Assembly (NCBI GenBank): GCA_016748015.1
Contig: JAAOMT010000664.1
Coordinates: forward strand, 442,715 to 506,714
Reading direction: 5' to 3'
DNA length: 64,000 bases
Origin: Geosiphon pyriformis uo1
Taxonomy: Eukaryota > Fungi > Glomeromycota
Under the pieces are notes generated by a model. That model was not told the origin of the DNA and did not search any database. It saw nothing but the letters and a program-made list of their open reading frames with translations. Shown here in pieces: positions 42,217 to 54,571 of this stretch; position 1 is the first letter of the stretch, and the number at the start of each line of letters is the position of its first letter. The position numbers were made by a program, and so were the translations under genes.

Positions 42217-42885
42217 ATGGTAGACGTGACAGAAAACTTCAGAAAAATGGAAATCACTGACAACATCCACTCACTAACACAACAACTCTTCCAACTGATT
42301 CAACAACAAAATATGGAAATTACTATCAATCAACAAACCATTCAATACCGAGATACCAGAAAGATACCCAAATACAAAAGTCAAAAGAAAACAGAAAACA
42401 CTATTGACAAAATAGTTCTGAAAATAAAATTAGCAATAGAAGAACCAAAAAGTGTCAGCACATATCAAGAGTTAACCAAAGAAACTTGGAAATGATGGAT
42501 ACACAAATTTCCAAGAAACTTTTGTTACTTTTACTTGGGATGACACTTGAACATTCAAAACTTATACACAGATAAAACAAAACAATTATTTAACACAACA
42601 ATACTGCAATAACTAGAACAATTTGTGGGAAAGAACAATTTGACTATAGAGGCAAGAGCCATTTATTGGCTATATATAGAATTTCAAGACAGACCAGAAA
42701 TATTACTTAATCCAGAAATAGGCTCTATTACAGTTAACCAAATGAGAAAAATAACCAATACTCAATTTGAAGAATTACAGAACAAGATAACACAAGTAAT
42801 TCTCGAAAAAGAAGTTCAAGAAATACTCAAAGATAGAGAATTAGAATTAAGAGATTTGGAAGATCTTGATGGAGCTCAATATTGA
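42217..42885 (+). pseudogene. Copy D ORF3 (~222 aa)
   Basis: 42217-42495 and 42625-42885 are in the same frame with point-mutation stops between. Ends ...DGAQY immediately before the purine tract. Confidence 0.85.
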
Positions 42886-43030
42886 AAAAGAGGGGATTAA
42901 TGTTACTTATAAAATATAGAAAGTATATTAGCATATAAATTAGCCAATCAAAAATAGCTGAAATAAATATAGAATTTCAGGATTCTTTTCAAGAGAAATT
43001 GCAGGATTCCAGGAATTTCAGGATTCTCAT

Positions 43031-43981
43031 TGTTACTCATAGAATATAGGAAGTATATTATTATTAGCAAGTAGATATTAGCCAATTAGAAGTAGACATA
43101 GTAAATGTGAAATTCCAGGATTTCTCTTAGAGAAATTAGGAATTTCAGGATTCTTTGGCAAGGAATTGCAGAATTCCAGAATTTCAGGATTCCTCTCATC
43201 AGGAATCACAAGATTCCAGAAATTCCAGAATTCTTGCCACAAGGAATTGAAGAATTAAGGAATTTCAAATATGTATATATAGCAGTTGTATTAGAAACAG
43301 AAAAAGTAAGAAACACCAAGAATCCTTAGCTTAGTTACTACAATTTTCAAATAAATAATTATTCATTATATCAAATTCATTTTTCACTATCAACATTTTA
43401 TGTTGATAGTAACTAATACTTAACTATACTGAAACAATAGCTCTTGATCATGGTTATTGACGGGATACTAACTTGCAAATCGCCTTGGCTTATTTCTTAT
43501 TTTCTCTTTTATCTTTTCTTTATTTTCTTTGTTGTCTACTAACTTGATTAAAGGATTTACTCTTGAAGGACTTATGGAGGAACAAAACTTATTTAACTAA
43601 TACTTACTCTTAGAGGACTTATGGAGAAATAAACTTGCTTAAACAATACTTACTCTTGGAGGACTTATGGAGGAATAAACTTGCTTAAACAATACTTACT
43701 CTTGGAGGAACTGACATCAAGAAACAGCACTAATATACACTTATGGAAGATATTGTACCAGGAGAATCATCAACCATCAAGCTAAGCAAGCAATTGATAA
43801 AACTACGGTTTCAGGAAACTACTGATAAACTGTTACCATTGGATCTCTGTCCATTATACAAAGAACTCAATTGGAAAACCTTCAGATAAAATACCTTCAG
43901 ATTATCATCATCACCAATCACTTTAAGCACCAAGTTATGGGTTTGTTATTCATGCGACACCCCAAAGAATCACCTGTAACA
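43031..43981 (+). repeat. 5' LTR of copy E (contains ~46-bp tandem repeats at ~43557-43710)
   Basis: TGTTACTCAT...CCTGTAACA. Unit TTACTCTTGGAGGACTTATGGAGGAATAAACTTGCTTAAACAATAC is repeated. Confidence 0.94.
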
Positions 43982-44042
43982 TTTGGTGCTCTCTGTAAGG
44001 TATAATCCTACAGAGAACCAGTGCCAACAACATTATCCAAAC

Positions 44043-47000
44043 GTAGCAGAATCAAAAATTACAGAAGCTAACCACTTAGGATTTGCAAAATCCTTACTTC
44101 AACAATACAGCCAACAATTAGGATTAAACAGTAATCACTACCCAGCTGAATCAGCCTTCAATTATTACGTCAACAATAAAATCACAGACTGTTTAGGAGA
44201 AACTGTTAATATCAAGTCAACAAGAAAAAATTTCTATACAGAATTATTTCAACACACCAGCTTACCAAGAAATCACAGTTTTACCCCAATCATCAGGGAA
44301 ATCAATCAAACCATTGAAAGATACATGCAACAACAATTTTCTATTACCTACACAGACAAAAGTAAAGGAAGAATACAAACACCAGCAGTGATACTAAAAA
44401 AAATACAGTTATCTAGTTGGAAGAAACACAGAGTAGAATTACCAACTACTTCATCATATTACTACACACCTGGAAGCGCCATCAACATTTCATTAGTAGA
44501 CGTGTCCACATCAAATGTAACATCAACATTTAGAAGATTTCAGTTCCAAAGCAAACAACAGAAAGAAGACTTACTAGGACTATATGGTGTGTATTTTGAA
44601 GGATTTAAATCACGATCTCCAATGCCATCAAGAATTCAATTACCAATACCCCAACCAGATTTTGGAGCCACTACTCTATAGGAATTATCAGAGGAAGAAG
44701 AAAAAAGAAGTGAAGATCAAGGATTCACTTACCAAAACCTAATCTCAAAAAACTCAGAATTTGGAACTCCAAACATTCAAACTCCACAAAACCCAAACAT
44801 AAAAAATTCAGAAATTGAAACTTCAAATATTAGAACTCAGCAAAATTAAAACAATCAGAACTCTGATTTAATTAATCAGCCAAATGTACCTCCAAATATC
44901 GTTATTAATCACCTACCAATTGATCTGATAGTTGAACCCATTCAGCAGCCATCTCAACAACCAAATCTGTAAATTCAACAGCCACAAGAACCACCTCAGC
45001 AACCACCACTGCAACAACAATTGCTACAGCAGCCACAACAATAACTAAACGTAAACCAAATGGCCTATGCACCTATCACCAAGTTAGAAAACTTTACCGG
45101 TGAAGAAAACAATGCTTAAGCATAGATTAATGACGTCTCCAAGGCCATTATAGTGAACAATTGGGACAATGCCAGAGCCCTATAGGCAATTTCATACTTT
45201 CTCAAAAAAACTACCAATTCTTAATACCAGAGTTTAGCCATCAGACCACAAACATTTCAACAATTCAAAACTGCCTTTCTGAGATATTTTAGCAACAATA
45301 ACAGTATTAATCGTCTAGCCAATACTTTCACCACAATCAAACAGAATAATACTGAAGCAGTCACAACATACCTAGGACACTTTCATAGAGTCCTATGCCA
45401 AATTCAAGCCATTGATGCCATGTATTTCACAGAACCCCAGATCCTCAACCAGTTTATTTGTGGCCTGTGCAGTAGCATTTTGCAACATGTACACCCATTA
45501 CATCCAGCCAATCTTCAAGTTGCAGTCACACATGCCAGAGATTTCGAATCAGCTGAGCTAGAAGCCAATCACACTCAAGCTGTAAATTTAGTAATGAATA
45601 GATCATCTGATTTGGATTCCAAATTGAAGCAAATCAGTAATACCATTAATCAGAAAATAGAGGGATACTTAGCTGACAATAGCATGATTTATCAACCTCC
45701 TCAATGGTGTAACAATCAGGGAAATGTGAATCATTTCCAAAATCAGTCACCTTTATCGTCATCATCCAATCAGCAGTAACAGCCAGAGATGTGTGTCTGC
45801 CACAACTGTAGTAAACAAGGCCACATAAGAGCCAACTGCAACACTTATAACTGACAATCAGGAAATTAACATCGAAACCCTGATCACCAATTCCAAATCT
45901 CGAATCAATATCAAAATCAAGAGCAAAATTAAAACACTTACCTGCCAATGACACAGCAGCCAATTTATCAAGCACCAGTATATCAGACCCCAGTTTATCA
46001 ACCACAGCCACCAGCAATATATCAACCACAGCCATCCATAATATATCAACCACAGTCACAAGTAATCTATCAACCTCAAACCATTCAAATATTGCCCCAA
46101 AACTTACCTTAACATGGAACCCAAAGACCAAGAATGACACAACAAAACTGGAGATTGGTGATGGTTGTCCACCAACTGATCCCCAGTTTCTCCAACTCAC
46201 TATTAGGATCGCATTCTTGGAATTCGGGTACTGGTGCCACCCAAAACCCGAATTCTCAGAACTATTTAAGTCTCCTGGTTACTTCAGAAGACACCACACC
46301 CAGCAATCCAGAAACCAACCCAATCCAAAAACTTATCAGCAACATACTACCAGCAACAGTCACTGAAAACAAAACATTAGCAGCCATCTTCCCATTTGAA
46401 TTTGAGGAAACCATCCCAGTTTTATTATTCAGTGGAGCCGTTCTTGAAGAAAAACCCATTACAGCAATGTATACTGATGCCAAAGTAGATAGCCATTTCA
46501 TCAAATTAATCCTAGACAATGGTTCAGCAGGCAGTATTATCATGCAACAACTCATGAACCAATTAGGTTGCCAAGTTGATCATGCTGTTAGTGCTTGTAT
46601 AATCACTATTAATAGAGTGACCAAAACTCCAATCAGTGAAATTGACGATTTCTCATTCAAAATCAATGACATTATAATACCCATAAAAGTCTTGGTAATG
46701 GAAGCCACACAATACCAGGCTCTTGTGGGCAATAATTGGTTGTCAAAAACCCATGCTACCCTCAATTGGACCACCCAAGAACTATAATTAACTTTTGGTG
46801 GTCAGCATACTCAAACACTGGCCACTTTAAGCCAAGCAATGCCCAACCACTCATCGAGTTTAAGGAAGAAACAAAGAAACCTACCTGGGAAGCCTACCAA
46901 GTCTCGTGGGCTGACCAAGACCATAATAAGTTGCCATCAGTACCTTCTTGGAATGGCAACATCAAAAGAAAGCAAAAAGAAACAGAACTTACTTGGACCT

Positions 47001-50000
47001 CTAACCAAGCTTAGGAAACAAAAAACAACTACAACAAACCGGTTGATTGGAAATGGGAAGAGGAAGATAACAGAAAGAGAAAAGGGAAAGAAACCACACT
47101 GAAAGAGACCACCAGTACCAGTAAAATAACCAGTGGCTGGACCAATTCATACTCAGTTCATGAGCCACTATCACAACTGCCATATATTCTATTCAAATAC
47201 AAAGACTGTGGAAAGAAACTTTCTTCCATGAGAGCATAGATTGCGCCAGATGAAAACCACTGGACACAAACCCATTATTATTGTAAGCCATGTCATAGAA
47301 AACGCTATGGCTACCCAAAAAAACAGGACAAGTGGGACAATAAACCATGTCTTACTTGTGGCAAACAACTGCTTGACAAAGGAATGTGGAATGACATTTC
47401 TGGTCAAGAAGGAATGTGTGACACTTCATGCCAATACATGATTCTCATTAGTAACTGGGTGAATCATGATACCCTGATTACAGCAGCATGGCACTGAGCA
47501 CTCAATCACTTAGACAGTTACCCCCCACAATGAAGAAGAAATCTGGTGAATGGTTAATGCCAAAATAGAAGATACTACACCCAATGAAATACTGGAAATT
47601 AAGAACAATTCTCCAGAACTGGTTGATATCATTTGTATTCCTAACCCAGATGCTTTTATGGACAAAGAAACAGGTCCAGAAGACTTCCACAAATACTACC
47701 AAAATTTGGCACCTACAAAAGAAGAGCAGAAGCAGCATTTAGAACAATTATACACCTGATTATATGACTACTGTTTGATTCCTTGTGACTTTCAATATTG
47801 TAATAAGTGTGATCTCATTTACAATCCACTACCATGCATGATCTACATGATCCTGGAAGAAATTGAACCAATCAGCAGCTGCACATTTAAATTGAAATCA
47901 TTATTTGATTCTAATTCAAACTCCGACAATGATGATAACAAAAACACCAGTTCCAGCTCCATTCAAATTGGTGATAACAATGACAATGATTCCAACTCAG
48001 ATTCAAACTCCGACCCAAAATATAAACAATACATTGCACTGTCAGACCTCTTCAAAGAACAGGAGTTAAAATAGTATAGTGACAATAATGAAGGTATTAT
48101 GCCAGAACATGTGCATAATACTGATGCTGGGTTTGATCTGAGGTATCCAGGAAAAGATGCCATTAAATTGGAACCACATTCACACACTTGCATTGATTTG
48201 AAAGTAGTATTAGAAATCTCAGCAACAACAATAGTTCAACTAGCATTTAGGAGTAGTTTAGCAAAAAGAGAAATTAATATAAGAGGAGGAATAATTGACA
48301 CAGGATATGTAGGAAATATCATTGCTATACTACAAAATGACTCTGAAAAGGCCTATATCATAGAGCCAAATGAAAAGATAACACAGGCAATATTCTTATC
48401 TCTGGTGGAAATAGTGCAGTTAGTATCAATGGAAAATAGGGAGGAATTAGGGATAACAGCAAGAAAAATACAGAGATTTGGATCAATGAGTAGAATAGAT
48501 GTACCAGTCAATATGACAGAAGAAAAAATTGTTGACCAAGAAGAAATTATCTCAATGGGTCAAGCAATTTCTATTTCACCATATGGCCAGTACATGGTAG
48601 GAATAAAGTGGGAAGTAAAAGAACAGAATCAGATTTTTGAAGCAGAACCAATCCTTTGTGAATCAGGAGAGATTGAACTTATTAATCTCCATATACCAGC
48701 CAAAAATTACAGCCATATCAAAATTTCCATCTATAATAACACAGGAAATGTCATAGTAATACTAGCCAGAACCACCATTGGATACTTAAGCACTGAAATA
48801 GAGAATCAACTACCAAGCACCATTCCAGACTTTTCACAGCTTTGTGAATATGTTAATATCACATCACAAACAATATATGGACAAAGCAAATATTATTTGC
48901 TCCAACCAGAGCAATTGGAACAAATGAACATAAGAAACTTAGATCCACTCCAATGTATACAGCTCAAGATATTGCTCAACAATTTCAATGACATCTTTGC
49001 TAGCAAAAACGAGTTTGGCTGAACTGACATCATCCAACATCAGATCAAGACTGGAAATGCAATGCCAATTAAACAAAGAGCATACAGAGTACCACTAGCT
49101 AGCCATGAGATCATTTGTCAAGAGATAAACTGAATGCTTAACAACAGGCTAATTCAACCATCAATGAGCCCATGGTCATTACCAGTAGTACTCATCCAGA
49201 AGAAGAATAGAAAAATCTGATTTTGTGTGGACTACAGGAAACTTAATGGTGTAACTCGTGAAGACAGCTATTTAACCCCAAGAATACAAAAATTGTTCGA
49301 CACTTTCGGTGGAAACAAATGGTTCTTAACATTAGACTTAGACAGTGGTTACTGGCAAGTAGCCATAAATCCAGCCAACAAGGAGAAGACGGCATTCACC
49401 ACTAGAGAAGGAAATTTTGAATTTGAAGTGATGCCCTTTGGCTTAACCAATGCCCCAGCCACTTTCCAATGGCTAATGGAAATCATTTATACTGGCTTAT
49501 TGTGGAAATCAGTAGTTGTATACTTGGATGACACCAATGTATTCTCAAAAACATTCAATAATCATCTTCATCATCTTTAATAAGTGTTCGAAAGGCTAAG
49601 AAGAGCAGAACTAAAGTTAAATGTAACAAAGTGCTTTTTCAGCAAGACAGAACTAAAATTCTTGGGACACATAATCAGCAAAGATGGCATCAAAATGGAT
49701 CCAAAGAAAATAGAGATAGTAAAGAACTTTCCAGTACCAACTAATGTGACTGAATTGAAATCATTCTTGGAATTTGCAAGCTATTATCAATGCTTTATAA
49801 AGAACTTTTCAAAGATAGCTCAACTGCTCAATAATCTGCAAACCAAGAATACAAAATATGAATAGACAGAAAGTCAACAAGAAGCTTTTAATATTCTGAA
49901 AAGAAAGCTCATTCAAGCTCCAGTACTGATCTACCCAAATCACAACAAACTATTCATCATTACCACTAATGCATTAGGCCAAGCATTGGGAACAGTACTA

Positions 50001-50324
50001 TCTCAGAAGGGATCAAATGGCAGAGAACATCCAGTAGCATATGCCAGCCAAGGTCTAACACCAGCTGAAAAAAACTATAGAACACCAGAACTAGAACATT
50101 TAGCAATTTATTGGGCAGTCATGAAGTGGAATGAATACTTGAGCCAAAAGTTTGATATATACATGGATCATAAAGAGTTAACATCACTTCAAAAGCAAGA
50201 ATTTGATGATGGCCACCAATCCAGATGAAAAATGGCACTTTCATAATATATTTATACTATACACTATAAGAAAGGAAAAGACAATGGAAATGCCGATAGT
50301 TTGTCGCAAATAAGACAAATCTAA
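44043..50324 (+). pseudogene. Copy E Gag-PR-Cys-rich-dUTPase-RT-RNaseH polyprotein (~2090 codons, essentially one frame)
   Basis: ORF pieces at 43983, 45420, 46134, 47550, 47775, 48099, 49227, 49584 and 49986 all share one frame. dUTPase motifs AGFDL/RSSLAK/GIIDTGYVG/ITQAI/RFGS, RT YLDD. TAA at 50322-50324. Confidence 0.94.
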
Positions 50325-50386
50325 GAACATTTCAACCCAAAAATATAACAAAACCAGAACAATACCAATGAAAAATATAACAAAAG

Positions 50387-51769
50387 ATGAACATACAAAA
50401 ATATCAACAACCTCAACATTATATAAACATTCAACAGTTCAAGGAGAATTTATCTCAAATGAAACAAAAGAGTATCAAACAACAATCAAAATATTTTATC
50501 ACTTACCAAAATATACTTTATCAAAAAAATAGAAGAAATCTAGATCAACCAACCAGAGTAATTACAGAGCCAGAAAAAGAGACAATATTATTCAACATAC
50601 ATTCAAATCCAACAGCAGGATACTTTTACAAAGAAACAACCATAGAAAGAACCAGAAAAAAATATTATTGGCCATCAATGTATCCAGACATCATCCAATA
50701 TGTTTAAAATTGTAATGCTTGTCAGTGAAGAGAAGGAACAAGACCCAGTAAACCATTAAGACCAATTAAAATGAGACAACTATTCGACCATATTGGAATT
50801 GATTTAGTTGGACCATTAACAATCACTAGCAGAGAAAACAGATACATAGCAGTAGCCATGGACTATCTTATTAAATGGCCAGAGGCAAAAGCAATTCAAA
50901 GAGTAGATGCAGAATCCGTTGCCAAATTTGTTCATCAAGATTTGATTTGTCGACATGGATGTCTAAAAGAATTATTATCAGACCAAGAAACACATTTTGT
51001 GAACAGAACATTAACAAAATTGAGCCAAAGATTCGGAATTAAGAGACCATTATCATTACCATACCATCTACAAACCAACAGATTAGTTAAAAGATTCAAC
51101 AGAACATTGTGTGAAGCAATCACCAAGATCAGTCAAAAAAATCAAGACAAATGAGATTTGTTTATACCATCAGTATTATTTGCTTATCAGACAATGAAGC
51201 AAGACACTACACAAGCAACACCATTTGAATTAGTATATGGTAGAACAGCAATATAACCAGTTGAGATAGAAGTTACCACTTATCCAACAGAACCAATAAC
51301 TGAAAACAATTTTCAAGAAACATTGCTAAGAAGAACATATAACTTGATAGAAACTTTAGAAAACAAACAATGAAGAATAGCTAATAACATTCAAAAAGCA
51401 CAAGAAAAACAAAAAAAAAGACATGATAACCAACTACCAAATAAACCAGTTAAATTCAAGATTGGAGACAAAGTACTACTACATTGTACCAAAGCGGAAA
51501 AACAATGGAGTGGAAAATTTGACCCCAAATGGAACAGACCATTTTACATAGAAGAAATTCTAAGAAATAGAGCTTACAAATTAAGATTGAATAACAAAAT
51601 CTTGACCAAAGCAGCACATAGAGATCAACTGAAACCATACTACCATATAGTATTATCATCCATCAGTAATATTCCACAACTGAGAGTACAGAGAATACTA
51701 GTTCAACCAGATGAAATTCCACGAGATCTGGAACCAATTATCATCATTGATAACAACACATCCAATTGA
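50387..51769 (+). pseudogene. Copy E integrase ORF (different frame from the polyprotein)
   Basis: ORFs 50387-50707, 50771-51154, 51587-51769 are in one frame. HIGIDLVGP, LLSDQ motifs. Confidence 0.92.
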
Positions 51770-51793
51770 TTGACAAAAAGAATATATAAAGAC

Positions 51794-52453
51794 ATGATTG
51801 ACATAATGGAAAAACACAAAAAAATGAAAATTACCAACAACATCCATTTATTAGCACAACAAATCTTTCAATTAATCTAACACCAGAAGATGGAAATTAC
51901 AATCAATCAACAAACCATTCAATACAAAAGTACTATAAGGATACCACAACACAAAGTACAGAGAAAACTCGAAAATGTTGTTGACAAGATTATGATCAAG
52001 GTAAAATTGGCCATAAAAGAACAATGAATAGTCAGATTACATCAAGAACTTACCGAAGAAACTTGAACTTGGTGGACACAACAATTTCCAAAAAACTATT
52101 GTCATTTTCACTTGAGACAACATGTAAATATCCAGAATTTGTACACCGACAAAACAAAATGGTTATTTGACACAACAATACTGAAACAACTAGAACAATT
52201 TGTGAGAAAGAACAATCTAACCACACAAGCTCAAGCTATTTACTGGCTATATATAGGATTTCAGGACTGACCAGAAATCTTACTCAACACAGCAATGTAT
52301 ACAGTTATGAGTAATCAATTGGGAAAAATGACCAACACCCAATTTGAAGAACTACAAACTCAAATAACACAAGTAATACTCGAAAAAAAAATTCAAGAAA
52401 TAATTCAAGAGGAGAAATTAAAAAAGTTAGATTTTGACAGAGCTCAATATTAA
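51794..52453 (+). pseudogene. Copy E ORF3
   Basis: ATG at 51794 to TAA at 52451-52453 (660 nt, same length as in B). Homologous to D ORF3 (...QAIYWLYIGFQD.PEILLN...RAQY). Confidence 0.82.
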
Positions 52454-52466
52454 AAGGAGAGAATAA

Positions 52467-53381
52467 TGTTACTCATAGAATATAGGAAGTATATTATTAT
52501 TAGCAAGTAGATATTAGCCAATCAGAAGTAGACATAGTAAATGTGGAATTCCAGGATTCTTCTCAAAGGAATTGCAGGATTCTAAGAATTTCAGGATTCT
52601 CCGACAAAGAATTACAGGATTCCAGAATTCCAGAATTCCACTCATCAGGAATCACAGGATTCCAGGAATTCCAGGATTCCTGTCACAAGAAATTAAAGAA
52701 TTGAGGAATTTCAAATATGTATATATAGCAGTAGTATTAGAAGCAAAAAAAGTAGGAGACACCAAAAATTCTTAGCTTAGTTACTACAATCCTCAAATAA
52801 ATAATTATTCACTATATCAAATTCATTCTTCACTATCAACACTTCATGTTGATAGTAACTAATACTTAACTATACTGGAACAATAGCTCTTGATCATGGC
52901 TATTGACAGAATACTAACTTGCAAATCACCTTGGCTTATTTCTTATTTTCTTTTTTATCTTTTCTTTATTTTCTTTGTTGTCTACTAACTTGATTAAAGG
53001 ATTTACTCTTGGAGGACTTATGGAGGAACAAAACTTACTTAACCAATACTTACTCTTGAAGGAATAAACTTGCTTAAACAATACTTACTCTTGGAGGACT
53101 TATGAAAGAACTGATGTCAGGAAACAGTACTGGTATACACTTACAGAGGATATCATACCAGAAGAATCATCAACCATCAAGCTGAGCAAGCAATCAACAA
53201 AACTATGGTTTCAAGAAACTACTGATAAACTGTTACCATTGAATCTCTGTTCATTATACAAAGAACTCAATTGAAAAACCTTCAAATAAAATACCTTCAG
53301 ATTATCATTGTCACTAATTACTTCAAGCACCAAGTTACAGGTTTGTTATTCATGCGACATCCCAAAGAATCACTTGTAACA
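52467..53381 (+). repeat. 3' LTR of copy E
   Basis: Direct repeat of 43031-43981. Differs mostly by transitions and in tandem-repeat copy number. Confidence 0.94.
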
Positions 53382-53385
53382 TCAT

Positions 53386-54105
53386 ACAAGAAATCACAGG
53401 ATTTCAAAATTCTAGGATTCCTCTCAAAAGAAATTGCAGGATTCCAGGAATTCCAGGATTCCTGGTGTGAAGAATCGAGGAATTGAGGAATCTCAATTAT
53501 GTATATATAACAGTAGCATTAGAAGTAAAAAAGGCAGACCTCTTAGTTTAGATTTGATTTAAGCAACATTCTACATCACAAATATTAATAAATAACTATT
53601 CACTATCTCAATCCACCTTCCATTATCAACACTTCATGTTGATAGTAATTCATACTTAACCACATGGGAACAATAGCTCTTGATCATAGCTATTAATAAA
53701 ATACTAACTTGAAAAATTGCCTTGGCTTATTTCTTGATTTTTTTTGTTTCTTTTATTTTCTTTGTTATTTTTTTTTTTGATTACTGAATTGATTAAAGAT
53801 TAAGTACTAAATTACTGATGTCAAAAATTGCCTGGTAAAAGACCCCTACGAGTGGGTAGAGCACATAAAAAAATTATGAATTATTTACCAGAGGATTGCC
53901 AGCCACCAAGCCAAGAAAAAAATTGATAGAATTGCGATTCTGGGAGGCTACTAAAACAACTATTGAATCTCTGTCTATTATATAAAGAACTTAACCAAAA
54001 CCTTCAAATACAAACAACTTTTAGCAATCAACATCATTATATTAATTGAGCACCAAGTTACAGGTTTTTTATTTGCTTTGAGACCCCAAATAATTATTTG
54101 TAATA
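53386..54105 (+). repeat. Distal part of the 3' LTR of copy D
   Basis: Continues 42901-43030 across the E insertion. Matches 33712-34435. Ends TGTAATA. Confidence 0.9.
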
Positions 54106-54571
54106 TCATGTTTGTGTAATTAAATTGTTCTTTTCCACAAATTGTTCAAGTTGTTGTAATATTTTTGAATTGAATAATTGTTTTGTCTTATTCATATATA
54201 AGTTCTGAATATTTAGATGTTGTTCCAAGTGGTAATAACTAAAGTTTCTTGAAAATTGTTGTATTCACCAATTTCATGTTTTTATCATCAATTCTTAATA
54301 GGGTATATCTTCTGTTTGTATTTTTATTGCCACTTTTACTTTTGTTATTATCTTGTCAACAATATTTTCTGGTTTTCTCTGTTCTTTGTGTTAAGATCTT
54401 TTCTTTGTATTTTTGTATTGAATAGTTTGTTGGTTAATTGTAATTTCTATATTCTGTTGTTAAATCAGTTGGAATAATTGTTGTGCCAGTGCATATATAT
54501 TGTTAGTAATTTCCATTTTTCTGATATTTTTTGTCACATGCTGATTCTTTATATAACATTTTTGAAGTCTC

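Larger units (their letters stand above)
43031..53381 (+). mobile_element. Ty3/Gypsy copy E, complete 10.35-kb element nested in the 3' LTR of D; TSD TCAT/TCAT
   Basis: LTRs 43031-43981 and 52467-53381 (TGTTAC...GTAACA). PBS 43984-44000, PPT ~52452-52466. TCAT at 43027-43030 and 53382-53385. Confidence 0.96.
33583..54105 (+). mobile_element. Ty3/Gypsy copy D nested in ORF3 of C; its 3' LTR is interrupted by copy E; TSD TTGT/TCAT
   Basis: 5' LTR 33583-34435, PBS 34438-34453, polyprotein 34498-40748, IN 40810-42186, ORF3 42217-42885, PPT ~42886-42900, 3' LTR 42901-43030 plus 53386-54105. Confidence 0.94.

Noticed and set aside
42217-42885. ORF3 as an envelope gene
   Set aside because: Too short, with no signal peptide, TM helix or fusion-peptide pattern.
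43557-43710. Regular direct repeats resembling a CRISPR array
   Set aside because: Head-to-tail tandem units without unique spacers, inside a eukaryotic LTR, no cas genes.
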